This document shows, piece after piece, positions 28,321 through 40,878 of a stretch of DNA of 64,000 nucleotides. The notes under the pieces were generated by a model that was given only the letters and a program-made list of their open reading frames with translations, was not told the DNA's origin and did no database searches. Where the stretch lies: NCBI RefSeq assembly GCF_006345805.1, contig NC_043008.1:69440001-69504000 (forward strand). Reading direction: 5' to 3'. The position numbers were made by a program, and so were the translations under genes. Position 1 is the stretch's first letter. Each line of letters opens with the position of its first letter. This DNA is from Octopus sinensis. Its lineage: Eukaryota.

Positions 28321-29169
28321 CTTAACCCTAACTCTTACCCTAACCCTAACCTACCTTGAAATTCTTTGGCGGTGTCCCTTATTGATTTTTCGAGATCATC
28401 ATTGAAAATGCTTTGAACCCATTGGATGAATTGCTGTTTCCTTATATCGCAGGAATATTTAATTTATTTTTCGTTTAGATGCAGCTGAAACATTCCCACC
28501 AGAGGATTCCAGTTCCACATGAACTTTATATACAGAAGACGCTATAGGATTTAGAAAGTTGGTAAATTCTAAATTGCTGCTCCGTATATATGGCAAAAAT
28601 AACTACATATCTTTTCATTTCTTGTGTTAGCATTTTATCTTCTATGCGGGATCTGAAAGCAACAGGAAACTTTTACTTGATTTGAAGACAGTAATATACT
28701 TATAATTAAGTGTCCTCAAACACTATCCCTAACCCAAACCCTAATCCGTATTAAATTTTGAGAAGGAAACGTATTATAATGAACACTGACTTTATAATCA
28801 TTCATTGTGTGTATATACTTCAGGGTGATAACCTATTTATATGTTTATGTTGTGTATCTATGAAAATGTGTATGCAACAGGATTCTTCGTAGTTTTTATT
28901 AAACAAATTTAACCTGGATGTTTTGTTCCAAAGTATTTCACCAAGTGCCGCACAGTGGCACTAGATCTTGAACTACTTAGCTGCAATGAAAATTTGTAAA
29001 GCAGTCAGTCATACCTGCGCTCACATGAACAGTTCTTACTTCATCAACCACCTGTAAGAATTCTGACAAAGTGAACCTCGCTAAAATTTGAACTCACTGC
29101 ATAAATCAACCAAATAAAACTAGCTTGGATTTCTTCCCAACCGTCTACCAATTCCAACATAGATTAGTC

Positions 29170-29560
29170 TAATAAGCTTTTCTACTCTCGGCACACAGCC
29201 CGAATTTGGAGGGTGGGAAGGTGCCAGTCGATTAGATTGACCCCATTACACAACTGGTACTTAATTTATCGACACAGAAAGGATGAAAGGTAAAGTCGAC
29301 CTCGGCGGAATTTGAACTCAGAACGTAAAGACAGACGAAATACCTATTTCTTTACTGCCCACAAGGGGCTAAACACAGAGGGGACAAACAAGGACAGACA
29401 AACAGATTAAGTCGATTATATCGATCCCAGTGCGTAACTGGTACTTAATTTATCGACACAGAAAGGATGAAAGGTAAAGTCGACCTCGGCGGAATTTGAA
29501 CTCAGAACATAAAGACAGACGAAACACCGCTAAGTATTTCGCCCGGCGTGCTAACGAGAT
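29170..29560 (-). mobile_element. Composite (dimeric) SINE family C
   Basis: Two tandem bodies (~29251-29340 and ~29436-29525) joined after the gtaaagaaata tail. Confidence 0.8.
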
Positions 29561-31099
29561 TAGTCTAATAATAAAAGACTTCTAAACCCGAAACCGAAAC
29601 TTTTGGTGGTGAAGGAATAGAACAGTCGTTTGTTCGACCCCAGTACTTAACTTGTTCATTCTTTTATCAAGAAGGAAATTAATAAAAAATCAAAATTAGT
29701 TAGAATTGAACTCAGATTATAAAGACTCAACATTGAATAGCTCAAGGAATTTTTTTTTTTGTTACCCTTCTGATTTCGTAAGATATATGCACACAACAAA
29801 TGGCTTTTATGGCGATTTAGATTCTTCCCTAAGTCAAGGTTTGCCCGATCTGTTAAGTAATAAATTTAACATGAACAGACGCAAAAGAAATGTAAAGCAA
29901 TGCTTTAACACATATTTTGTCTTCTCCATTCTATGAGAGTACTGAAAAGGCCGGGCTGCTAAATTCTCTTGACATTCTGGTTTAAAAGTTTGCTAACTGT
30001 CGCTGTATGTCATCTCAGTGCGAGAATGGAGTAATAAACATCAGTTGTAGATTGTTTGATTGTCTGATGTAGCTTGGATGCAGTTTTGCATATTTCACAT
30101 CACCCAAAACTATGCCTTTTAACTCCTTCCTCCTGTTTGATATTCCTTTAGCTGGAGTCAGAATCTTGGTGGGTAAATAAAAAAGAAGTGGGGTGGGGGA
30201 AGGACGCAGCTGTAACACTAGAATATAACTAAAAATCGATGGTTTGGTGTACTTTGGATGTAGTTTTGCATGAAGGGTATTTTAGACTCTCTTTCTTCTT
30301 CCTGTTTCCCGTTTCCCTAACTGGAGTCAGAATCTTGTTGGGTTAATAAAAAAACAGGGTTACACAGTTTTTGTTCTAGAATATGATTAAATAAAAAGAC
30401 TTAGGTGCGTGGCTAGTGTCACACAGCTGATGCATTGATCATATATTTTAGCACTGGTTTGCATCAAATACATTGTTATTGGATTTAGGTATAACTAGCA
30501 CTCTGTCGGTTATGATGACGAGGTTTCCAGTTGCCCCAATCAATGGATCTGGTTGCTCGTGAAATTAACGTCCAATTGGCTAGGCATTCCGCAAACACGC
30601 ATACCCTTCACTTAGTTCTGAGAAAGATTCGGCGTGACACAGAGTGTGACAAGGTTGGCTCTTTGAAATACAGCTATTACTCACTTTTGCCAACTGAGTG
30701 GACTAGAGCAATGTGAAATAAAATATTTTGTTCCAGGATACAACGCAGCATCAGGAATCGAACTCACGACCTAACGATCGTGAACCGAATACCGAAACCA
30801 CTAAGCCATGCACCTTCTGGATTTACGTACGGTAAGAATAATCCCAGACAGCAATGTGTTGTTTTCGCAGGTGAACTACAAATACCAACTTAGTGCATGG
30901 CGCGAATAAGACCACGGAAAAACTGCAGTATGAAAGAAGTTCTAAAGAACAACAATAGCATATCGACCGTCGAGTTAACAAAGGAAGCAAAAAGAGTGGG
31001 TCCGTTCGAAAAATTTATTACAGACTCCACCCAATATCGCTACAACAAGCAATAAACTTACAACTTGTTCTAGGTAATGAAGGGTGAAACTACAAAGAA

Positions 31100-31700
31100 T
31101 GCCTGTCCCAGGATCCCGAAGCAGTTATGCACCAGCTCTATCATTCAATCCTCATAAGATGAGATACTGTTTCAAAGAGCCAATCTCGCTATCTTCAATT
31201 AGTTTTCGCGCCTATCTTCACCTAAGGTCATGAATGTTGGATAATGACCGGAAGAGTACGATCGCAAGTAGAACGGCCGCATTGAGGTTCCTTTGAAGGA
31301 TCACTGGAAAAGCGTTACTTATCAGGGTGCGTACCTCGGATATCAAGGAGATATGGGATATCCAGGTCGAACCGTTAATTCTATGCATTGAGAGGTCACT
31401 GTTCTGGTACTACAAACGAGATAAGAATATCGCAGGAAAGAACTGCAAGACGAATTCTTCAAACCAAGCCGAGTAGAGAGACAAGAGATCTAGGGTGAAA
31501 AACCAAGATCGAGATGGGTGGAGGATATCCAGAGTCTCACTTGATTACGCTTGGGTATCCATTCGGAAAGTCTAATGACGATTGCTTCTGCGAGAACAAT
31601 ATCATTGAGGTCCCTGAGGATTCTATCCGCAGGACCATTGCGGATAGTGGGCGGAGAAAATAGATGAGCGAATGGATGGATAACTTGTCCTTTTTGTAAT
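31100..31700 (+). mobile_element. RTE-clade LINE ORF 3' relic
   Basis: Translates in pieces to WIMTGRVRSQVERPH, RITGKALLIRVRTSDIKE...VEPLILCIERS and RISQERTARRILQTKPS...KPRSRWVEDI. Confidence 0.7.
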
Positions 31701-32403
31701 TGTAGCTGAGGTTTTGAACTGGTTAAACGACTTAAAACCAGAATTTGAAGAACACAGTCTGGGAGGTGACACTGGGGTACATAAATTAACAAGCAAAAAA
31801 GAAAAAAAGAGTTTGATTTATCGTTGCTGTGGTTGCCTTAGTGGTTGTTGACGATGTTGTTCCTCTTTATCAGCTGCTGGTCAAAATTGATCTCGCAGAA
31901 CTTTGTCCTAAGACGTTCTAACCGCGAACATCTCATAGAAAATTTTGACATAATATATCAAGTATTATTTGATTTATCGTTGGATAATGACCGGAAGAGT
32001 ACGATCGCAAGTCGAACGGCCGCATTGTAATAATAGCTTAGAGTGTGATATGAAGTATAGTTGGGTGCTATTTCTAAAAGGTTTTCAGAACTCACTGACA
32101 CATCTCCACTCTCGTGGTAGTAAATTATGTCCGTGCTGTTTCTTCCGTATGTCGTTGCTATAAATCTACAAATATGTTTGCGAACCTATTGCATACAGCT
32201 GTTTCATGCATGTATATATGTATACATATATATATGTGTGTGTGTGTGAGTGTATGTGTGTGTGTGTGCGTGTGTGCGTGTGTGCGTGTGAGTGTATGTG
32301 CGCGCGTGCATGTATTTATACATGCATGCACATACACATGTACACACACACATACACATATATATGTAAATATGGATATATGTATCTATCTGCATATATG
32401 TAT

Positions 32404-32541
32404 AGGAGAGGCTGTGTGGTAAGTAGCTTGCTTACGAACCACATGCGTGGCATCTTGGGCAAGTATCTTCTACTATAACCTCGGGTCGACCAAAGCCTTG
32501 TGAGTGGATTTGGTTGACGGAAACTGAAAGAAGCCCGTGGT

Positions 32542-32598
<57 letters not shown>

Positions 32599-32874
32599 GT
32601 ATACATATACATTCATACATGTGTACATATATATATATATATGCATGTATGAATGTATGTATGTATGTATGTATGTATATATGTATGTATGTGTGTGTGT
32701 GTGAGTGTATGTGTGTGTGTATGTGTACTTGTGTGTCTGTGTTTGTCCCCCCAACATGGCGGTTCGGCAAAAGAGACTAGGCTTACTAAGAATAAGTCCT
32801 GGGGTCGATTTGCACGAATAAAAAGCGGTGCTCCAGCACGGCCACAGTCAAATGACTGAAACAAGTAAAAGAGT
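32404..32874 (+). mobile_element. SINE family B copy
   Basis: Head, expanded internal microsatellite and tail all present. Confidence 0.8.
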
Positions 32875-32881
32875 AACGAGT

Positions 32882-32935
<54 letters not shown>

Positions 32936-33557
32936 ATATATATACACCCACACATATATGTGTGTATGTGTGTTTATAAGAAGGTATCCGTATATGAAAT
33001 ATATATATATCCTTGTGTGTATAAGCATACGTATGTATGTAGACATATATGTATAAATACACATGTATATATCCATACACGCATTTATTTATGTATGTTT
33101 CTATGTATACGTGTATATATGAATGTCTGCACAGACTGTGAATTAAACGGGAGTGAAATAAAAGCTATCTCCCGCTAGTAGGGGCTGTTTTGTTCACTGC
33201 AGCAGCAACTTGTGCGAAGAAGAGATGTTGGCAACTGGCAAACAACGTTTGTTAGTCGGTCGCCATGTGGCAGAGAGCTGTTGGAAGAGATAGACAGGTA
33301 GTGAGGGAGGAGCAGTGAGAGGTGGAGTGATTAGGTGAGGGTTAAGAAGGTAAAGAGAGGGGGGGGGAAACATAATGATAGAGAAGAAAAGATGGAGAGG
33401 AAAGGAAAGAGAGAAGGAGGAGGTAGGGAGAGAGAGAGAGAGGGGAGAAGGGGAGGTTTAACCAAAGATAAGATGCTGCGCTTTACAGCAAGAATCGTCT
33501 TTTAGAACAGACGGCATTATGTTGGAAACAGATTGTATATATGCATATACATACATA

Positions 33558-33590
<33 letters not shown>

Positions 33591-33620
33591 ATGTATACAT
33601 ATACATTCATACATGTGTAC

Positions 33621-33651
<31 letters not shown>

Positions 33652-33655
33652 ATAT

Positions 33656-33695
<40 letters not shown>

Positions 33696-33700
33696 TATAT

Positions 33701-33743
<43 letters not shown>

Positions 33744-34519
33744 TAAGGAGAGAGAGAGACAGATGCATATACACATAAGTGTACACATATGTACAAAATG
33801 GACGTGTGTGTGTATGTATTTGTGTATGTGTGTGCATGTGTCTTTTCGTGTGTGTATACATGTGCAATTCTGTGTCTATATGCATGATTATATGCATATG
33901 GTGGTATATATAATTATCTGTTTTTGCTTGTTTTTGACTCTCTCTCCATGTACATATATACACACATAAATGCACACGCACACACTCATGTATGTTGTAA
34001 TATTCGCTCGTATGTATGTGCCTGTATATAAGTGTACATAAATAGTTAGACAGGGACGTATATACAGATGTATATAAATATTTGTGCATTCACACACACA
34101 CGTTTGTATAGGCATACTTATGCGTGTTTCTGTGTGTGTGTGTGCACGGGCGTGTGTGATTGTGTATGTATTTTTTATATATTCGAATCGAATAAATAAA
34201 TAAATAAAAATCCCAACACGAAAATACTACATAATCACAACTACAACAACAGCAACAACAATAACAGTCGTAAGAACAACAAGCTATAACAACCAAGTAA
34301 AGGTAGGTAAAATGTGAATGTGGAAAGAGAGAAAGAGAGAACATTGAATGGTATGTAAGATCGATACGTATTGTGATCGATACGTATGTATTGGGTATGT
34401 TTAATGTTTAACTATCGTACAGCACACTACTACGAACAGTAGTGTAGAGCGTGAAAGAGAAGAAGGGTGGAAGAAAGAGGAGGAGAGAGTGAGCAACAGA
34501 GAGGGAGAGAAGGAAGAAT

Positions 34520-34680
34520 AGTGGGGAGAGAGAGCGAGAAGACGAGGGAGGTTCGTTGTCGTCTGGGAACGAAAAACCGACTTCCGGTTTCGATTTGTGT
34601 CGCTCCGGTACCGTTCGGTTCTGGTTTTGGTTTTTGGTTTTGTCCATTTCGGTTCACTTCCGCTATTAAAGAGTGAGTTA
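34520..34680. promoter_or_regulatory. Candidate promoter / first-exon region
   Basis: CpG-rich non-repeat island between GA-rich tracts, with ETS-type motifs ACTTCCGG (34580-34587) and CACTTCCG (34655-34662) and a donor-like GA|GTGAGT at 34673. Confidence 0.35.
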
Positions 34681-35011
34681 TTGAGAGAGAGAGAGGGAGA
34701 GAGAAAGAGGGAGGGAGGGGGGACTCAGGTTGAGAGATAGAGAGTGCGAGTGAGAGGAAAAAGAATGACAAAGAAAGAGAAAGAATGAAAGACAGAAGGA
34801 GGAGAGGGTTGAGACTTAAGAAGCGGGAGAGATTAAGCGTGGAGAAAGAGAGAGAAAGAGATGGACGGGGAGAGGGAGAGAGAGAGAGAGAGAAAGAAAG
34901 AGAGGGAAATAAAGGCAGAGATACCTAATCAGTAAACGAGGGTTTACGAAATAGGTTCGAATTCCGTGGGTTCCATTTGGTTTTCATACACACACACAAA
35001 CACACATACAC

Positions 35012-35049
<38 letters not shown>

Positions 35050-35237
35050 ATGTATGTGCTTATGTATGTATGTTTGTATGAAATACTGAGATGATTATTT
35101 TAAGACAAATTTAAGTATAACAGGAGAGCATTTTCGGGTGGAGGGACTCAACATGGAGGAGAGACAAATTAAATAAACCACTAAAGGAAAGTTAGAGTCC
35201 CGAACAACACGAATTTCATAACACATACGTCTGAATA

Positions 35238-35270
<33 letters not shown>

Positions 35271-35280
35271 CATACTTATA

Positions 35281-35322
<42 letters not shown>

Positions 35323-35511
35323 ACCTATATACGTCAATGCTATAATTTCATTCCCGTTCCAATCGTGTACTGCCATCTATAGCTATGCTACATGTGGTTG
35401 ATGCCTAGTTACATAGAAATCAATATAAAAGACTCACAGACTGCCAGGCAGTATTATTCTATGCTGCTATTCCGTTAAATCAACTGAAGCTAACCGTTTT
35501 ATTTAACATGG

Positions 35512-35545
<34 letters not shown>

Positions 35546-35853
35546 CGCAAACACATACGTACGTACATACATATATGTGTATGTATGTATGCATATTAGT
35601 ATGGGTATATATATAGATAAATGAATTTATACATGTGCCACTCTGTGTGTGTGTGTGTGTGTGTGAGTGTGTGTGTGTGTGTGTGGTGTCTCTAATGCAG
35701 TAGCTGTGTGGTAGAAAAATAACTTAGGCGGCAAATGTTGCTTTCATTAAATAACCTAACTAGACATTGTATAGTAAAGTAGGTGCGAGTGTTTGTATGC
35801 GTGTGGATGTATGTACTTACGGGCTATGTGCTTTCATTCATGTGTATATATAT

Positions 35854-35911
<58 letters not shown>

Positions 35912-36290
35912 TATATGTACATGTACATATATATATATATATATATTTATATGCTCGAACTGAGAAGTAGATAGACAGTCGACAACTGATGAAGGGTCGT
36001 TCTTTGTATTACTTGCCCTGTGTTCCATTTGTTTCTCTTGTTGTTTGCGCATTGAGCTCATTAGTTTCCGTATTTCATGTTGTTTACTGTTGGTGACGTC
36101 CTGTACCTATATATACATATGTATGTAACTATATATATGTATATATATATACATAAATACAAAAACATATGTATAAATGTACTTATTGATGTGTAAGAAT
36201 GTTTGTGGATGTGGGTCGATATAAGCATATTGCTGGACAAGTATATCCTGGACATATATATTTTATTGAAACATATGAATACGTAATTAA

Positions 36291-36392
<102 letters not shown>

Positions 36393-37348
36393 GCCTGTCT
36401 GTCTATGTATGTATGTCTGCCTGTCTGTCTATGTATGTATGTATGTATGTATAGGGAGAGTTTACGAAAAAACAAAAGATGAAGACAGGTGGTGTACAAA
36501 ACAAACAGATGTATTAGTATAACTCTCAGGAATAGAAAAAGTCTTTTACGTTTCGAGCTTACGCGCTTCTACGGAAAGGGACACAGAAAAAACAAGGTGT
36601 ATGTATGTATGTATCTATCTATTTTAGGCTCATTCGTGTTGAAGTTTCATGTGCATATTTGAAGATGTCTCACACACATACAGTCGCACACTCAATCACA
36701 CACACAGACGCACTGACATACGTCGGTCCTCAACAAAATTTCTACCGAATTCCACACATACAGTATTGGTTATATTCGAGGTCCAGTTGAACTTATTGAC
36801 ACAAGCTACTGAATCCGAAACAATATAGAACTGTGCCAAAATTTGTATCCATGTGACCATATCATGCCAGTCAATACATATACATGTTATTCGATGAAGT
36901 TCGAATGAAGCTATTGAGTGCTACACAAACATTCGAATATGAGGGCGATGTATCAAGTAGCAGAAACAGCTGAAAGCCAATGAAGTTCCTTGCATATTTT
37001 CTTTTTCTTTGTCATATATATTTTTTATTACTACCCAGTAATAAACTTTGTTCTGAAGTATATGTATATTGAGTTCTAACACCAGGTTATTAATATTGCT
37101 ATGGCTAAGGGAAATAATAATAATGCTTTCAAATTTTGCCACAACGTCAGCGATTTTTCGAAGGAGGAGATAAGTCGATTACATCGATCCCAGTGTTCAA
37201 ACGTGTACTTATTTTATCAAACCCGAAAGGATGAAGTGGGAAAGTCGACCTCGGCGGAATTTGAACTCAGAACACAGCGGCAGATGAAATATCGCTAAGT
37301 ATTTCGCCCAGCGTGCTAACGATTCTGCCAGCTCGCCGCCTTAAGCGA

Positions 37349-37349
<1 letters not shown>

Positions 37350-37436
<87 letters not shown>

Positions 37437-37456
37437 CAATAATAATAATAATGATG

Positions 37457-37520
<64 letters not shown>

Positions 37521-37559
37521 CAACAACAATACTACTACTAACAATAATAATAATAATAA
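37350..37559. repeat. (AAT)n microsatellite
   Basis: Direct reading. Similar tracts at 4085-4220, 5812-5850, 5936-6003, 20757-20830, 49342-49404, 50311-50372 and 50605-50670. Confidence 0.95.
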
Positions 37560-38169
37560 ATGCCCTGATGCAGTACCATGCCCTGATGCAGTACCATGCC
37601 CTGATGCAGTAAATGCCCTGATGCAGTACCAGGCAGTGGCTCTCATAGCTTCTGATCTTAACTGATTGGAAGTGTTATCATGTACATTGTTTTGTCTTGG
37701 TATAAAAGATGGGCTACAGCAAATATTCTGCTCAATATCACAGATTTGCTTGTCAGTTGCTTGACCTTAACCAGTTGAGCATGTCCCGTAGTGGCTGACG
37801 ATATGTGCATCTCTGATCACGAGCAGAAGTAGTGGGGGAGCATCATGGCCATGTGTTGAGAGGGATTCTTTGGAGTTTGAATGGTTCACCTCTGGAAACA
37901 TAGGTGTTTCGTTCAACATCCTAAAGCAACCCTTATTCAGGGACCGTTTGAGCAGGATGGGCTACTCAACCTGAAGAAAATTCTAACTGGGCCCCACCTG
38001 CAAGGTCATGTGCTGTTTATCTTGATATGATATCACCATGTCGCGCACATATGGTTGTGATGCATGTGCCTAGTGTACCCTTATTAGACTGGTAGTCATG
38101 ATGCGTATAACTGGGCTTCGTATATTTTACACCAGTGTCACTTTGATGGCATGCACTGCTCTCTCACTC

Positions 38170-38170
<1 letters not shown>
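37560..38170. mobile_element. Unclassified interspersed repeat family E flanked by (AAT)n
   Basis: Same sequence as 5205-5610 and, inverted, ~52120-52385. Has an 18-bp terminal unit atgccctgatgcagtacc four times at 37560-37630. Confidence 0.75.
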
Positions 38171-38208
<38 letters not shown>

Positions 38209-38296
38209 TAATAATAATATATGTATATATATATATATATATATATGTGTGTATATATATATATATATACATAAGTGTGTGTGTATGTGTGTGTGT

Positions 38297-38333
<37 letters not shown>

Positions 38334-38369
38334 CATATGCATACATACATGTACGGGGCACGGCAACAC

Positions 38370-39140
38370 AGTTCATCAGCTGATCAAGACACTCTCATGG
38401 CAAGTATCGAAAAGAGATTTATCTTTCGTCAGTTTTCTGGCCATTTGGTCTTGATAGCATTTCGTAACTCCTTAAGAAATTTGGCATAGTACTCTCCATT
38501 GATGATGCAGCCCTTCTGACGATAGTCTATAAACACAATGCCTTTTGCATGCCAAAAACTGAAGGTATCACCTTCCCTGAAAATGAGACGATTTTGGACT
38601 TCTTTGGATAGGTGCAGAGGGCTGTTTCCACTGAGGGATTGTCACTTTGTCTCTGTCTCAAAGTGCTGAAACCAATCTCATGCCGGGTTAGGAAACGTTC
38701 AAGAAAACCGGCTGGATCAGCCTCAAACAGATTTTCCCATGATGTGATCAGATGTCAAATGAGACATTTACCGAGCAGAAACCATCACCATGCCAAGATC
38801 ATAGTGCAGAATATTTTCAGCTCTCTCCCAGGATATGCTAATAGCATTGCTATTTGATTTATAGTCAACCGCCTGTCATTCAACAGCATGTGGTTAACGC
38901 GATTTATGCTTTCCTAGGTGGTGGCAGCTACAGGACGTCCAAACCCTGGGGTCATCTTCAAAACTTCTGTTCGTTTCCTAAATTCAGCTGCCAACATTCG
39001 TGCTGTTGATAAAACAGAAGCCTCATCTAGTATAACAACAATGTCAGCATGAATGTCCTTGGCGACGAAATTGTTTTTCTGCAGTTATTTGATAACACGA
39101 TGATGGCAATTTTTTCTCCTTTTTAAGTGACGTCGCTAGT
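38370..39140 (-). mobile_element. Degenerate mariner (Mos1-like) transposase relic
   Basis: Minus strand VIPSVFWHAKGIVFIDYRQKGCIINGEYYAKFLKELRNAIKTKW is a typical mariner catalytic-domain segment. Confidence 0.75.
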
Positions 39141-39315
39141 ATATATTGTTGTATGTATACACACAAATATAGAGATAAATATATATGCATATATTAACAA
39201 TTAAGGAACGGCCATAATAGGCCATTCACCCACTAGAAATAACAGCCAAAGCTTCTACCGCAAATAAAGATTAAATCCGTAAAGAGGAGAAAATTAAAAA
39301 AACATTTACCCTGTA

Positions 39316-39422
39316 ATTTCTTGTACGGTATACCGTTTCATCCGCTGTTTAATGGTAAACTAACCTGATTAAATTAAATCAAGCCAATCTTCCATAAGCC
39401 CTCGGATTCTTCAGCAAGAAAT
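39316..39422 (-). ncRNA. Type I hammerhead ribozyme, copy 1 (intact)
   Basis: Minus strand reads AUUUCUUG-CUGAAGA-AUCCG-[58 nt]-CGGAU-GAA-ACGG-UAUA-CCGU-A^CAAGAAAU. Stem I is 8 bp, the basal stem II is 5 bp, stem III is 4 bp, and the GUA cleavage site lies between 39324 and 39323. Confidence 0.92.
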
Positions 39423-39804
39423 AGCTCAAGTCGGAACAGATATTTACACGAGGCATACCCAATCTTGCCAAGGCAATATCTGACCTAAAATTTTCAAATC
39501 GTCGCACTCGCGCCAAATTTATCGGCAGCAAATAAAAATCAGCCGTCGATTCATTACGGAATTAACCAAAAAATTCATAATTAATCAATATAGGGTGGCA
39601 AGGAAAATTTTGTAGATTTATTGCCACCAGCGGCCCAGTGGGAAAAAATTAAATAGTCATAGACCATTTTTAAGTTCAACATTAACAATTAAGGAACGGC
39701 CATAATAGGCCATTCACCCACTAGAAATAACAGCCAAAGCTTCTACCGCAAATAAAGATTAAATCCGTAAAGAGGAGAAAATTAAAAAAAACATTTACCC
39801 TGTA

Positions 39805-39910
39805 ATTTCTTGTACGGTATACCGTTTCATCCGCTGTTTAATGGTAAACTAACCTGATTAAATTAAATCAAGCCAATCTTCCATAAGCCTCGGATTCTTC
39901 AGCAAGAAAT
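39805..39910 (-). ncRNA. Type I hammerhead ribozyme, copy 2
   Basis: Same core and stems as copy 1, with a 1-nt deletion in the stem II extension. Cleavage after 39813. Confidence 0.88.
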
Positions 39911-40287
39911 AGCTCAAGTCGGAACAGATATTTACACGAGGCATACCCAATCTTGCCAAGGCAATATCTGACCTAAAATTTTCAAATCGTCGCACTCGCG
40001 CCAAATTATCGGCAGCAAATAAATATCAGCCGTCGATTCCATTACGGAATTAACCAAAAAATCATAATTAATCAATATAGGGTGGCAGGAAAATTTTGTG
40101 AATTTTATTGCCACCAGCGGCCAGTGGGAAAAAATTAATAGTCATAGACCATTTTTAAGTTCAACATTAACAATTAAGGAACGGCCATAATAGGCCATTC
40201 ACCCACTAGAAATAACAGCCAAAGCTTCTACCGCAAATAAAGATTAAATCCGTAAAGAGGAGAAAATTAAAAAAAATTTACCCTGTA

Positions 40288-40392
40288 ATTTCTTGTACGG
40301 TATACCGTTTCATCCGTGTTTAATAGTAAACTAACCTGATTAAATTAAATCAAGCCAATCTTCCATAAGCCCTCGGATTCTTCAGCAAGAAT
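40288..40392 (-). ncRNA. Type I hammerhead ribozyme, copy 3
   Basis: Core intact. There are 1-nt deletions in stem I and next to stem II, possibly assembly errors. Cleavage after 40296. Confidence 0.75.
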
Positions 40393-40771
40393 AGCTCAAG
40401 TCGGAACAGATATTTACACGAGGCATACCCAATCTTGCCAAGGCAATATCTGACCTAAAATTTTCAAATCGTCGCACTCGCGCCAAATTTATCGGCAGCA
40501 AATAAATATCAGCCGTCGATTCCATTACGGAATTAACCAAAAAATTCATAATTAATCAATATAGGGTGGCAAGGAAAATTTTGTAGAATTTATTGCCACC
40601 AGCGGCCCAGGGGAAAAAATTAAATAGTCATAGACCATTTTTAAGTTCAACATTAACAATTAAGGAACGGCCATAATAGGCCATTCCCCACTAGAAATAA
40701 CAGCCAAAGCTTCTACCGCAAATAAAGATAAATCCGTAAGAGGAGAAAATTAAAAAAACATTTACCCTGTA

Positions 40772-40878
40772 ATTTCTTGTACGGTATACCGTTTCATCCG
40801 CTGTTTAATGGTAAACTAACCTGATTAAATTAAATCAAGCCAATCTTCCATAAGCCCTCGGATTCTTCAGCAAGAAAT
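40772..40878 (-). ncRNA. Type I hammerhead ribozyme, copy 4 (intact)
   Basis: Matches the copy 1 motif. Cleavage after 40780. Confidence 0.92.

Noticed and set aside
30070-30355. Two diverged ~110-bp direct repeats about 180 bp apart
   Set aside because: Real but short and degenerate, with no structure or coding signal. It is an ordinary local duplication.
36540-36580. Hairpin followed by GAAAC (minus strand), also at ~3640-3670
   Set aside because: A stem II-like hairpin is present, but there is no CUGANGA core and no stem III or cleavage triplet.
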